A DNA stretch of 64,000 nucleotides from contig NC_043014.1 in the NCBI RefSeq assembly GCF_006345805.1, positions 8,184,001 through 8,248,000 of the forward strand, given 5' to 3'. Below, one piece after another: positions 13,563 through 25,788 of this stretch. The notes under the pieces were generated by a model. That model was not told the DNA's origin. It did not search any database and was given only the letters and a program-made list of their open reading frames with translations. This stretch comes from Octopus sinensis. Taxonomy: Eukaryota. Positions within the stretch are counted from its first letter, which is position 1. Each line of letters starts with the position of its first letter. Made by a program: the position numbers and the translations under genes.

Positions 13563-13567
<5 letters not shown>

Positions 13568-13732
13568 TATTCAGACAAATACATAACAAAAACACCAGGA
13601 CTTACAAACACATATAACATACAGAAAATTGCACTACTAGGCACTGCACACATCCTACGCAGAACACTTTCCATACAATAACCATCAGAGCATCACAACA
13701 AATCACAGCACATACCTAAGGCACACAGAGCT
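13563..13732 (+). mobile_element. 3' end of a second R4/Dong-like family
   Basis: KYSDKYITKTPGLTNTYNIQKIALLGTAHILRRTLSIQ* within (AAT)n. Confidence 0.8.
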
Positions 13733-13745
13733 AAAAATAAAACTA

Positions 13746-13795
<50 letters not shown>

Positions 13796-13810
13796 CAACA
13801 ACACAACAAC

Positions 13811-13929
<119 letters not shown>

Positions 13930-15011
13930 TTTCGGAATTAGAGATAGATATACAAGAAACAAGCACAGAAAAAGCTAGGCGCATGAAAACCCGTGCCAAA
14001 ACTGCGGCCTTAGATATTCTGAATAATAAATGGCAAGAAAAACCTCTCTATGGCAAATACCCAAAGAGAGCGAATAATGCAGATATCGACAAAGCCCTGA
14101 CCCATCAATGGCTAATGGCCTCTGGCTTAAAATCTGAAACAGAGGGGTTTATCATAGCAGCTCAAGATCAATGCCTACCAACAAGAAACTACCAGGCCAA
14201 CATATTAAAGATCAGAAGCAGTCCAACGTGTCGTGTATGCAAGCAACAAAATCAAACCATTGACCATGTGGTCTCCAAGTGCAGTCTTCTAGCGCCTACA
14301 GAGTATCTCAACAGGCACGATAGAGCTGCACAATATATTCACTGGGTAATCTGTAAAAACCTGGATTTGCCCCATGAAAAAAACTGGTGGGAACACAAAC
14401 CACCCCCAGTGCTTGAAAATGACCACATCTCACTCCTCTGGAACTTCACCATTCAAACTGACAGGAAGATAGATGCAAATAGGCCAGACATCATATTGAA
14501 AAACTTCAAACAAAGAACATGCCTCCTCATTGATATGACTGTCCCAATCGATATAAACGTATCTGTCAAGACCTACCAAAAACTGAGCAAATATAAAGAT
14601 CTTGAAATAGAAATCAGCAAAATGTGGAAGCTGAAGACTAAAACAATACCTGTTGTCATAGGTGCCCTGGGAATGATAGCAAAAGGGGCTTCTAGCTACC
14701 TAACTCAGATACCAGGAAACCCAAAAATGGCAGAAGTTCAAAAGATAGTGCTCATGGGAACTGCTCATATCCTACGCAAAATACTCTCTATGTAATCTCA
14801 AGGTTTAAAACAAACATAATTTTCGGTTTAAAAAAAAAAAAAAAAAAAAACCTTTTTTTTTTAGACATTCATTAGTACAACATCCCCACCCCCCAAATAT
14901 ATGGCACACTAGGCGTAACAACAACATGAACTTCCAACCCTGTTGTCTCTTGAGGTCTCTGGGTGAGACTTGGAGCCAACTTGTACAAATATAAAGCAAA
15001 AGTCAAACATA

Positions 15012-15012
<1 letters not shown>
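13930..15012 (+). mobile_element. 5'-truncated R4/Dong-like RLE retrotransposon
   Basis: ORF 13983-14795 with CCHC (CRVC..H..C), RHD and PD..D..K nuclease motifs; 3' UTR ends in (AAT)n. Confidence 0.93.
13983..14795 (+). CDS. C-terminal zinc knuckle plus restriction-like endonuclease of an R4/Dong element (truncated)
   Basis: ETEGFIIAAQDQ, RHD, RPDII..IDMTVP, K..KY, PVVIGALG motifs. Confidence 0.85.
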   Translation: MKTRAKTAALDILNNKWQEKPLYGKYPKRANNADIDKALTHQWLMASGLKSETEGFIIAAQDQCLPTRNYQANILKIRSSPTCRVCKQQNQTIDHVVSKCSLLAPTEYLNRHDRAAQYIHWVICKNLDLPHEKNWWEHKPPPVLENDHISLLWNFTIQTDRKIDANRPDIILKNFKQRTCLLIDMTVPIDINVSVKTYQKLSKYKDLEIEISKMWKLKTKTIPVVIGALGMIAKGASSYLTQIPGNPKMAEVQKIVLMGTAHILRKILSM

Positions 15013-15059
<47 letters not shown>

Positions 15060-15079
15060 TGATGATGATGATGATAATA

Positions 15080-15123
<44 letters not shown>

Positions 15124-15171
15124 AATAATGATGATGATGATGATGATGATGATAATGATGATGATGATATA

Positions 15172-15210
<39 letters not shown>

Positions 15211-15231
15211 GTGATGATAATAATAATAATG

Positions 15232-15263
<32 letters not shown>

Positions 15264-15307
15264 GATGATGATGATGATGACGATGATAATAATAATGATG
15301 ATGATGG

Positions 15308-15356
<49 letters not shown>

Positions 15357-15360
15357 AATA

Positions 15361-15395
<35 letters not shown>

Positions 15396-15410
15396 AATAA
15401 TAATAATAAT
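15013..15410. repeat. (AAT)n/(GAT)n microsatellite
   Basis: Direct reading. Confidence 0.95.
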
Positions 15411-16741
15411 GTCCTTTCAAATCGTTCTACTCAAGATACTGGTTATAACCGTCGACAAGACGCAACTCTCGGCTTTACACTCCTCTCAAAGCTCTCTGCT
15501 TATGTCCATTTATATCATGGTACAGTCCATTAGGATCGAGCCAATAGGGGTGTTCTTCTTCCACACAACAACTTTCATGAAATATTTTGATAGACGGTTG
15601 TGATCAAGATCGAAGCAAATTATATCAACTAAGAAGCATTGACAGAAATCGGGATAAATATGTATCGATCTGTCTGAGACAAGCATTTATTCATTTTGGA
15701 TAAGTCTCCATGAGGTTGTAAGTTAAATTATTTTGCCCTTCATTGCTCTGACCATAAACGTTTAGAAGGCCACTGTATATATATATACATACATTCATAC
15801 ATACATACATACATACATGCATATATACATACGTACGTACATACGGACGTACATACATACATACATACATACATACATACATACATACATACATACATAC
15901 ATTTACTCTTTTACTTGTTTCAGTCATTTGACTGTGGCCATGCTGAAGCACCGCCTTTAGTCGAGCAAATCGACCCCAGGACTTATTCTTTGTAAGCCTG
16001 GTACTTAATCTATCGGTCTCTTTGGCCGAACCGCTAAGTTACGGGGACATAAACACACCAGCATCGGTTGTCAAGCGATGTTGGGGTGGGGGGAGACAAA
16101 CACAGACACAAGCATATACACACATATACATATATATATACATATACGATGGGCTTCTTTCAGTTTCCGTCTACCAAATCCACTCACAAGGCTTTGGTCG
16201 GTACGAGGCTATAGCAGGAGACACTTGCTCAAGAGTGGGACCGAACCCAGAACCGCGTGGTTGGTAAGCAAGCTACTTACCACACAGCCACTCCTGTGCC
16301 TAGGCATGCATTCATGTGTGTGTGATCAAGAAGCTCGCCTTGCAACCATGTAGTTTCAAGTTCATTCCTACAGCATTGTACCTTAACCAAGCGCCTTCTA
16401 ATTTTCCTCGGGCTGACCAATGCGTTGTAAATGAATATGGTGGACGGAAACTGTGTTGAAGCCCATCGTATATCTGTGAATGTGTAGTGTGCATGTGTCC
16501 GCATTTGTCACCCCATCACAGTTTGACGACCAATGTTGGTTTGTATGCATCCAAGAAATTTAGCTGCTCGGCGAAAAACGTTAGAATAACTACCAGACTT
16601 TAAAAAAGCATAATTCCTAGGGCTGATTTGTGCAATTAATTCCATTTAATGCTGTACACCAGCATGGCTGCATTCGAGTTACCAAAACAAGTAAAATGAG
16701 AAAAGAAAGACATATAGATAGATAAGTAGATAGATAGATAT

Positions 16742-16900
16742 GTTTCTTTATTAGCCACACAGGGCTGCACACAGACAGGACAAATTACAAGGTAGAGCTT
16801 TTCTTTTGGGAGTGGAAAAAAGGGGGTTTGGTTTTCGATCAAAAGGGATCGTAAAAGGAAAGAAAGAGGACAAAAAAGGGGGGGGTAAAAATTTTTTTAA
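16742..16900 (-). mobile_element. Short 3' tail of Tx1/L1-like LINE type
   Basis: Minus strand ends ..gtgtgcagccctgtgtggctaataaagaaac, like the terminus at 24660. Confidence 0.5.
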
Positions 16901-16947
16901 AAAAAGATACATAGACAGACAGACAAACAGACAGACAGACACAGACG

Positions 16948-17031
<84 letters not shown>

Positions 17032-17058
17032 TACAGACAGACAGACAGACAGATAGAC

Positions 17059-17124
<66 letters not shown>

Positions 17125-17383
17125 ACGATGCATTTGCACATACAAATATATGTACATATGAGTTTGCATACACATATATACGTATGTGTGCGTGTGTACG
17201 CAACCTTATCCTTGTATACACATAGGTGCATACATGCATACGCGTAACATAATACATATATATTTAGACATTTATACGTATAAATATACTGACATACATT
17301 TGCACTCCCGTATACAAGCATATACATACATACATATATACATATATATGTATGTATATATATATATATATTATATATATATA

Positions 17384-17419
<36 letters not shown>

Positions 17420-17425
<6 letters not shown>

Positions 17426-17700
17426 ATCGACCAGGCTATCAGATGTTGCTACACATCGCTGGTCACAATGCGCTTCGCATTGTTTTAGCCTTCAAATGAC
17501 GCCACCCCGCTGGCTAAGCGAACAGGCCAACAGAAGAAAGAGTGAGAGAAAGTTGTGGCGGAAGAGTACAGTAGGGATCGCTACCACCTCTTGCTGGAGA
17601 CTCGTGGAGCTTTAGGTGTTTTCGCTCAATAAACACTCACAACGCCCGATCTGGGAATCGAAACCGCGATCCTACGACCGCGAGTCCGCTGCCCTAACCA
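17420..17700 (-). mobile_element. SINE family C (tRNA head tggttagggcagcgg..ggtttcgattccc), tail variant 1
   Basis: Head shared with 41280-41667, 45281-45564, 49290-49660, 50790-51120. Confidence 0.85.
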
Positions 17701-18198
17701 TATATATATACATGCACCAGACATAATTTTACACTCATATGCATACATATACACATACACATATATACTTACTCACACACAAAAATACATATACACACAT
17801 ACTTACACACACAATTAAAAGGAAAAGGAAAAACTAATATATATATATATAATATATATATATATTATATATATATATATATATGAAAAATTAAAATTAA
17901 TGCAAGTTAAAACATATGGAGATGCTAATGCAGTAACATAGACGAAATGTGGATTCCTGCTGTGACCTTGGGGGTGGCCAAAACCGTAACAGATTACTTC
18001 CCTTTCATTCAACGGCTTTTCATAGCGTCTGTTGTCATTAGTAGCCAACGAGAATGTATCGTAGCTCTTCGCTCCGACATTTGAAACTCCGAGTACTATA
18101 ATGACAACTGTTTACAATTTGTTCTAAATTATAACATATGTAAATAATCCGGTTTCTCTAATACCAAAGTCTAATTCTTTTGTTGTTACTTATTATTA

Positions 18199-18253
<55 letters not shown>

Positions 18254-18286
18254 TATTATTATTATTATCATCATCATCATCATCAT

Positions 18287-18325
<39 letters not shown>

Positions 18326-18340
18326 TATTATTATTATTAT

Positions 18341-18830
18341 TGAGTGAGAGAGCAGTTCATGCCATCAAAGTGACACTGGGGTAAAATATACGAAGCCCAA
18401 TATACCCATCATGACTACCCGTCTGATAAAGGTACACCAGGCACATGCATCACAACCATATGTGCGCGACATGGTGATCTCATATCAAGATAAACAGCAC
18501 ATGACCTTGCAGGTGGGGCCCAGTTAGAATTTTCTTCAGGTTAAGTAGCCCATCCCGCTCAAAAGGTCCCTGAATAAGGGTTGCTTTAGGATGTTGAACG
18601 AAACACCTATGTTTCCAGAGGTGAATTATTCAAACTCCAAAGAATCCCTCTCAACACATGGCCATGATGCTCCCCCACTACTTCTGCTCGTGATCAGAGA
18701 TGCACGTATTGTCAGCCACTAAGGGACATGCTCAACTGGTTACGGTCAAACAACTGACAAGCAAATCTGTGGTATTGAGCAGAATATTTGCTGTAGCCCA
18801 TCTTTTATACCAAGACAGAACAATGTACTT
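18341..18830 (-). mobile_element. Copy of the 19-431 repeat, extended at its 3' end
   Basis: Reverse-complement match to 88-431; (ATT)n flanks. Confidence 0.75.
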
Positions 18831-18848
18831 ATTATTATTATTATTATA

Positions 18849-18885
<37 letters not shown>

Positions 18886-18888
<3 letters not shown>

Positions 18889-19256
18889 GTTTGATTTTTG
18901 CTTTATATTTGTACAAGTTGGCTCCAAGTCTCACCCAGACACCTCAAGAGATAACAGATTGGAAGTTCATGTTGTTGTTATGCCTAGTGTGCCATATATT
19001 TGGGGTTTCTTTTGTTGTTGTACTAGTGAATGTCCAAAAAAAAAAAGAAAGAAAACGAGAATTATGTTTGTTTTGAACCCTGAGATTACATAGAAAGTAT
19101 TTTGCGTAGGATTTGAGCAGTTCCCATGAGCACTATCTTTTGAATTTCTGCCATTTTGGGGTTTCCTGGTATCTGAGTTAGGTAGCAATCAGCCCCTTTC
19201 GCTATCATTCCCAGGGCACCTATGACAACAGGTATTGTTTTAGCTTTCAGGTTCCA

Positions 19257-19259
<3 letters not shown>
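18886..19259 (-). mobile_element. R4/Dong 3' fragment
   Basis: MWNLKAKTIPVVIGALG..ILRKILSM plus the same 3' UTR as 14796-15012. Confidence 0.9.
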
Positions 19260-19354
<95 letters not shown>

Positions 19355-19375
19355 ATTTCGGGATATTTTTTTTTC

Positions 19376-19525
19376 TTTTTGCCAAATAAACACAAGCACT
19401 ATATATTTTTTCTTCACTCGTTTATTACGAAAGATTTCCGGACAATGGACATGAGTTACAACAATATACGAACAGTAATAAACGAGTGAAGAAAAACATA
19501 TAGCGCGTGTGTTTATTTGACAAAA
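19376..19525. repeat. ~50-bp imperfect inverted repeat (fold-back/MITE-like)
   Basis: caaataaacacaagcactatat..cttcactcgtttattac versus gtaataaacgagtgaag..atatagcgcgtgtgtttatttg. Confidence 0.7.
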
Positions 19526-19542
19526 CGAATTGATATATATAT

Positions 19543-19665
19543 ATCATCATCATTGTTCGACCGTGGTCGAGACAATGAAACTTACTATGTTACGCCAGAC
19601 TTCACGGTCCATCATAGCATTACGGAGATCCTGTCGCTTGATGCCTGTATCCCTGGAGATCGCAA
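19543..19665 (-). mobile_element. 3' end of an RTE-like LINE
   Basis: ISRDTGIKRQDLRNAMMDREVWRNIV then a (GAT)n tail. Confidence 0.65.
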
Positions 19666-19729
19666 GTTTTTAGTTCAGTTTTTATTTAACTATGCTTTGT
19701 CCGACCTATTATTATCGTGTATATATATA

Positions 19730-19768
<39 letters not shown>

Positions 19769-19992
19769 TCACATATATTTATTATTTGCTGTAAATGCAT
19801 GTATGTATGTATGTATGTATGTATGTATGTATGTATGTATGAATGTATGTATATATGTATGTATTTATGTATGTATCTATCTATCTTTTTATCTGTCATC
19901 CTATATATATATATATATACGTAACATATCGTATAATTATAAAGAGGGCAAATTTTAGCCATTTTCCGCAGACTGGAAAAGGTAATGAACAA

Positions 19993-20033
19993 CCTTAATC
20001 GATTTTCGAACCTTATTGGGTTCTTATCAGAGG
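19993..20033 (-). ncRNA. Minimal type-I hammerhead ribozyme motif, degenerate (G8A)
   Basis: cct-CTGATAA-gaacc caataa ggttc-GAAA-A TCGA T-TA-agg. Confidence 0.6.
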
Positions 20034-20816
20034 CATCCGCATCATTTTGACAATCTCCAGAGAAACGATCAGCCAAACTGTTTTTACATTAAACAAATGC
20101 AGCAGTTGCTCTATAAAGGAGTCCCTAATTTACATACTGAAAGTGTTTAACACTCTATAAATACCAGCGGCCTGTCAACGGGGCTATATATGTATATTCA
20201 TATATTACGGAAAAGAGTTATTCACCATATGTATCCATAAAAACAAATCTTTCCTATACAATCAGAAAATACTTCCATCAGCAACGGCTAGCTACCCAAC
20301 AAATCGACGTTCGAAATGAACAAACAGTGCTTTTTTTCTCTCTCTCAATTAGAAAACTCACCATTTACACTCCGCTGTACACTCGGAGCCAATACAGCGT
20401 ACATACCAGCATCTTTATGCAATAGCACTTCTTAATATTTTATCAAATCTACTTAGACAACCCAGCTACCCACAACAATACTTACACCAAAAAATGTTAA
20501 ACATTTAAGTTATTCTTGCATAACAAAAATCCACATATCTAAAAAGTTTCGTAGTTAAAACTTGTTTCTCTCACAATTGCTAAAAATTCAGGGGCTCAAC
20601 TTACGGTTAAATATCACCGATTAACCACCCGTTACAAACAAAACATACATTCACTCACGTGTGACATTTTTTTTTTACCTCACAAATTTCCTGCTTACTA
20701 TTGACCATCTTGAGGTGTATCTAAAGGCAACCTGATGAGTGGAGGAGACGATAATAATGGGTAAGTCAAAGCATAGTTAAATATCTTTCTCTGAACTAAA
20801 AACTTGCGATCTCTTA

Positions 20817-21370
20817 TCCTTATATATAAAAATGAAGTTGTGTGTGTGTCTGTCTACTCCGATTTAGATTCCTAACTACTCCCACATTTTGCGGTGCAGT
20901 TTAACCAAAACCGGGTATCTTATAGTCGTGATTCATATAGAGCCCTTCTGGGTACTAGCGCGCGTCTACGATGAGTCTACGATTTTAAAAAAATTACCAT
21001 CATTTTTCCGCATTTTTAATTATTTTTGCTCGGTTTATATAAGGGAAGTAACTCTCAAAAAATGCTTATATATGTTTTCGAACGTTATATTGTATATAGT
21101 GCATAAACATGCGCCGCTTATTGTTGGAAGCCGTAATAATGATAGGTTTTCGGAAACTTCAAGCGGCTATCTGAAATCTTTGTCACTACACGAGAGTTTC
21201 TTTTGGTTTCTTATATATTTTGTGCGTGTCTATGTTTAGGGTTAATGTAACGTCTAGAAAGTTAACTGTATTCATGCTTTTGGTTGTTGTTATTTTAAAG
21301 ATGAAATTGTAGAAAGTGCTGGTCCAACCGTTTTCAAATTAGTCTGTGGCTATCGCCACGATGGGATTAG
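20817..21370 (+). mobile_element. Non-autonomous Helitron with an alternative 3' end
   Basis: A|TC start; first ~255 bp match 40736-41044; hairpin tgtggc-tatc-gccacg followed by TTAG|T. Confidence 0.65.
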
Positions 21371-21440
21371 TTCGTCATATTTTGATTGGGTAAGTGACAT
21401 ACAGACATATCTAAGACAGCGGTATCAGTCACCTGTTCAA

Positions 21441-21858
21441 AAGGCGGCGAGCTGGCAGAATCGTTAGCGCGCCGGGCGAAATGCTTAGCGGTATTTCGTC
21501 TGCCGCTACGTTCTGAGTTCAAATTCCGCCGAGGTCGACTTTGCCTTTCATCCTTTCGGGGTCGATTAAATAAGTACCAGTTACGCACTGGGGTCGATAT
21601 AATCGACTTAATCCGCTTGTCTGTCCTTGTTTATTCCCTCTGTGTTTAGCCCCTTGTGGGCAATAAAGGAACAGGTATTTCGTCTGTCGTTACGTTCTGA
21701 GCTCAAATTCCGTTGAGGTCGACTTTGCCTTTCATGCTTTCGGGGTCGATTAAATAAGTACCAGTTACGCACTATGGGTCGATATAATCGACTTAATCCG
21801 TTTATCTGTCCCTGTTTGTCCCCTCTGTGTTTAGCCCCTTCTGGGTAGTAAAGAAATA
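21441..21858 (+). mobile_element. SINE family A, head plus 2 units
   Basis: 19-bp TSD ggtatcagtcacctgttca at 21421 and 21859; empty-site homolog at ~7231-7290. Confidence 0.93.
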
Positions 21859-22100
21859 GGTATCAGTCACCTGTTCAGCTATCTAGACCTTATATCTAAA
21901 CCCGTTAATTAATTTTAAAGAAAAGTGAATATATAAATGGTTTCAAACACAGGTTGTGTCTATTTTTTTTATTTACGCAGCGTATGTGGTGTCAAAATAA
22001 AAAGTGTTTTCTTTGCATGCATAATGATTCATTAATGATATATATATATATGCACCCTCCCACACATACTCATACATACATTTATGAGTATATATATAAT

Positions 22101-22149
<49 letters not shown>

Positions 22150-22994
22150 AATTCAAATTATTACATTATATAAAAGGGCTTAGTAAAATAAATTACTTTG
22201 CCGCATACTGAACTCATTAGAAATAGCAGCTAAAAAAACTTTTTTAAAACTATTTCCAATACTTAAAGAAAACCTCTCTCATATAGTGTTTGCTCAATTC
22301 AACTCACGCAAATATGGGGGTAGAGACATTAAAAAATCAAGTGCAAAGGTTATTTGAGAACGTACGTTTCAAGATTAGTCAAAATTCGACATTTCTATCA
22401 TCAGCTCAGAACTCCCTGGTTTGGATTTGAAACACACTGAAAGTAGGAGCATACCCTTTCGGCTTCCTCTCGCTTCTGAAGATCTGCTCGTAACTAACAG
22501 TGCCAACAAACTCAAAAATGCAAGCGAAGAATTTCTGCTCTCCCCTTTCCACCAGCGTGGGTTAAAATCAGTAACACACTATGCTTTTTTCGGTAAAACC
22601 GCGGCATTATATAGAGAGAGATGAATTAAATATTTTCAACAATTGAGGGTAAAATAATTAATTAATCAATTTCACCAAGTATTCAGTATGCAAAGGGACC
22701 ATTTAAGGCGAATTCAAATTATTACATTATATAAAAGGGCTTAGTAAAATAAATTATTTGCGTGAGTTGAATTGAGCAAACACTATATGAGAGAGGTTTT
22801 CTTTAAGTATTGGAAATAGTTTTAAAAAAGTTTTTTTAGCTGCTATTTCTAATGAGTTCAGTATGCGGCAAAGTAATTTATTTTACTAAGCCCTTTTATA
22901 TAATGTAATAATTTGAATTCGCCTTAAATGGTCCCTTTGCATACTGAATACTTGGTGAAATTGATTAATTAATTAATTTTACCCTCAATTGTTG

Positions 22995-22998
<4 letters not shown>
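22150..22998. mobile_element. Penelope pseudo-LTR/retrozyme-like element: 561-bp unit plus tandem overlap plus inversion
   Basis: 22150-22196 repeated at 22711-22756; 22755-22998 is an inverted copy spanning the unit junction; (TA)n flanks. Confidence 0.8.
22355..22408 (-). ncRNA. Type-I hammerhead ribozyme motif
   Basis: tgag-CTGATGA-stem II-GAAAC gtac GTT-ctca. Confidence 0.75.
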
Positions 22999-23050
<52 letters not shown>

Positions 23051-23084
23051 CCTCCCACACACACTCATACATACATTTATGAGA

Positions 23085-23140
<56 letters not shown>

Positions 23141-24127
23141 CCTCCCACAGACACTCATACATACATTTATGAGTACTCTGGGACTTTGTTTAGATATATA
23201 TCATTAATGAATCATTATGTATGCAAAGAAAACACTTCTTTTTTTGACATCACATACGCTGCGTTAATAAAAAAATAGACACAACCTGTGTTTGAAACCA
23301 TTTATATATTCACTTTTCTTTAAAATGAATTAACGAGTATGTATGTATGTATGTATGTATGTATGTATGTATGTGTACATAGCATATATGGTACATAGCA
23401 TATAAGTTATGCGAAACGTAATGGGTCTTCCATACCTTTTAATGAAACAACGCGTGATCGAATTAAAACGTGTTTGTCTCCAAAATAAAATCACGTAAAC
23501 AAAAGGGAGATACGAAGTTGTTTTCACATTAAGGCAAAAGAAAATAGGATATGATACGATGAGAAGCAGAAGAATAACACGTGTTGAAATGCGTGTTGCA
23601 TATAAATGAGCTGTAATTGTCATTATAATTTTGTCTTAAGACTATTTTAATTATAATTGAAATCTATGATGGTTCTTTACGTTCTGAGTTCAAACTCCAC
23701 CGATGATACCTTTGCCTTTCATCATTTCGGGTTTGATAAAATAAATTACCAATCAAATATTGGGTTCGATGTAATCTGCTAACCCTCTAGACCTTAAATC
23801 GCGGTTTAGTGCCATCGACCCCAGTGTTCATCGACCCCGAAAGGATGAACGGTAAAGTCGACCTCGGCGGAATTTGAAATCAGAACGTTAGCGACCTATT
23901 TCTTTACTACCCACAAGGGGACAAACACGGAGAGGACAAACAAGGACAGACATACGGATTAAGTCGATTACATCGACCCCAGTGCGTAACTGGTACTTAA
24001 TTTATCGACCCCGAAAGGATGAAAGGTAAAGTCGACCTCGGCGGAATTTGAACTCACAACGTAACGGCAGATGAAATACCGCTAAGTATTTCGCCCGGCG
24101 TGCTAACGTTTCTGCCAGCTCACCACT

Positions 24128-24188
<61 letters not shown>

Positions 24189-24190
<2 letters not shown>

Positions 24191-24643
24191 TGACTGTCCC
24201 AATCGATATAAACGTATCTGTCAAGAGCTACCAAAAACAGAGCAAATATAAATATCTTGAAATAGAAATCAGCAAAATGTGGAACCTGAAGACTAAAACA
24301 ATACCTGCTGTCATAGGTGCCCTGGGAATGATAGCAAAAGGGGATGATTGCTACCTAACTCAGATACCAGGAAACCCCAAAATGGCAGAAATTCAAAAGA
24401 TAGTGCTCATGGGAACTGCTCATATCCTACGCAAAATACTCTCTATGTAATCCCAAGGTTTAAAACAAACTTTTTTTTTTTAATTTATGTATTAGATATT
24501 CACTAGTACAACACCAAAAAAAAAACCAAATATATGGCACACTAGGCATAACAACAACATGAACTTCCAACCTGTTGTCTCTTGAGGTCTCTGGGTAAGA
24601 CTTGGAGTCAACTTGTACAGACATAAAGCAAAAGTCAAACATA
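24189..24643 (+). mobile_element. R4/Dong 3' fragment
   Basis: MTVPIDINVSVK..ILRKILSM plus 3' UTR, between (AAT)n tracts. Confidence 0.92.
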
Positions 24644-25001
24644 GAATAATAATAATAATTTCTTTATTGGCCACCAGGGCCGAACACAATAAATGGAGGA
24701 CGATACACAGATGAGGGACAATGAGGCTAAGCGTATAAACAGCCAAGAAACACAACAATTAACAAAGAGATTAAATTAACAATATGGTTCCCCAATAGGA
24801 TGGAGTTCCGCCGTAAGGTGACCAAAGAGATCTCACGCACTTTGGACTCCTTAACACCAACGGCTCCTCAGGAAGACACCTTTTCTTCTCCTTTCTATCT
24901 GGCCTACAGGCGCACAATTAGAGCAGGCCCATTTACGCTGTTCATTCTTGCCACATTCACCCACCTTTCAACGATTTTACTGGGTGACGGTACCTTCTTC
25001 T

Positions 25002-25234
25002 AAGGTGGCGAGCTGGCAGAATCGTTAGCACGCCGGGCGAAATGCTTAGCGGTATTTCGTCTGGCGCTACGTTCAGAGTTCAAATTCCGCTGAGGTCCAC
25101 TTTGCCTTTCATCCTCTCGTGGTCGATTAAATAAGTACCAGTTACGCACTGGGGTCGATATAATCGACTTAATCGGTTTGTCTGTCCTTGTTTGTCCCCT
25201 CTGTGTTTGGCCCCTTGTGGGTAGTAAAGAAATA
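25002..25234 (+). mobile_element. SINE family A
   Basis: TSD ggtaccttcYtct at 24989 and 25235. Confidence 0.92.
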
Positions 25235-25569
25235 GGTACCTTCCTCTCCAGCCTCACTTCCCTTTTCAGATGGAAATGGACCGTCTGACAAGCGGTACCT
25301 ATCCCTTCCACGGGAAGCAGAGGAGCAAACGCACCAGCCCGCTCAGCTACGAAGCGGAACAAGGGACGGCATTCAGGTGGTAGTATATGATGAATGCAAT
25401 ATACGCATTCGCCACCTTCATCCATTTCTGGTTGGGACTGGCCACCCTGTCTGTCACCTCGCCCCAGATCGTGTCCACTAGCAGATCCAGACCGAACTAG
25501 ACCCCGAGCAACTTAACAGGTTCTTCTTTCGTCCAGCGCCCCACCACGCTGTCGTTTGGTATGGGCCTG

Positions 25570-25788
25570 GCAGAAACGTTAGCACGCCGGGCGAAATGTG
25601 TAGCCGTATTTCGTCTGCCGTTACGTTCTGAGTTCAAATTCCGCCGAGGTCGACTTTGCCTTTCATCCTTTCGGGGTCGATAAATTAAGTACCAGTTACG
25701 CACTGGAGTCGATGTAATCGACTTAATACCTATGTCTGTCCTTGTTTGTCTCCTCTGTGTTTAGCCCCTTGTGGGTAGTAAAGAAATA
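25570..25788 (+). mobile_element. SINE family A (5'-clipped)
   Basis: TSD ggtatgggcctg at 25558 and 25789. Confidence 0.92.

Larger units (their letters stand above)
21901..23337. mobile_element. MITE-like element with ~140-bp TIRs hosting a ribozyme element
   Basis: 21901-22045 is the inverted repeat of 23196-23337; internal tgcaccctcccaca..atttatgag occurs 3 times between TA tracts. Confidence 0.75.

Noticed and set aside
20728-20800. CTGATGA at ~20732 as a hammerhead
   Set aside because: No properly placed GAAA, stem III or NUH
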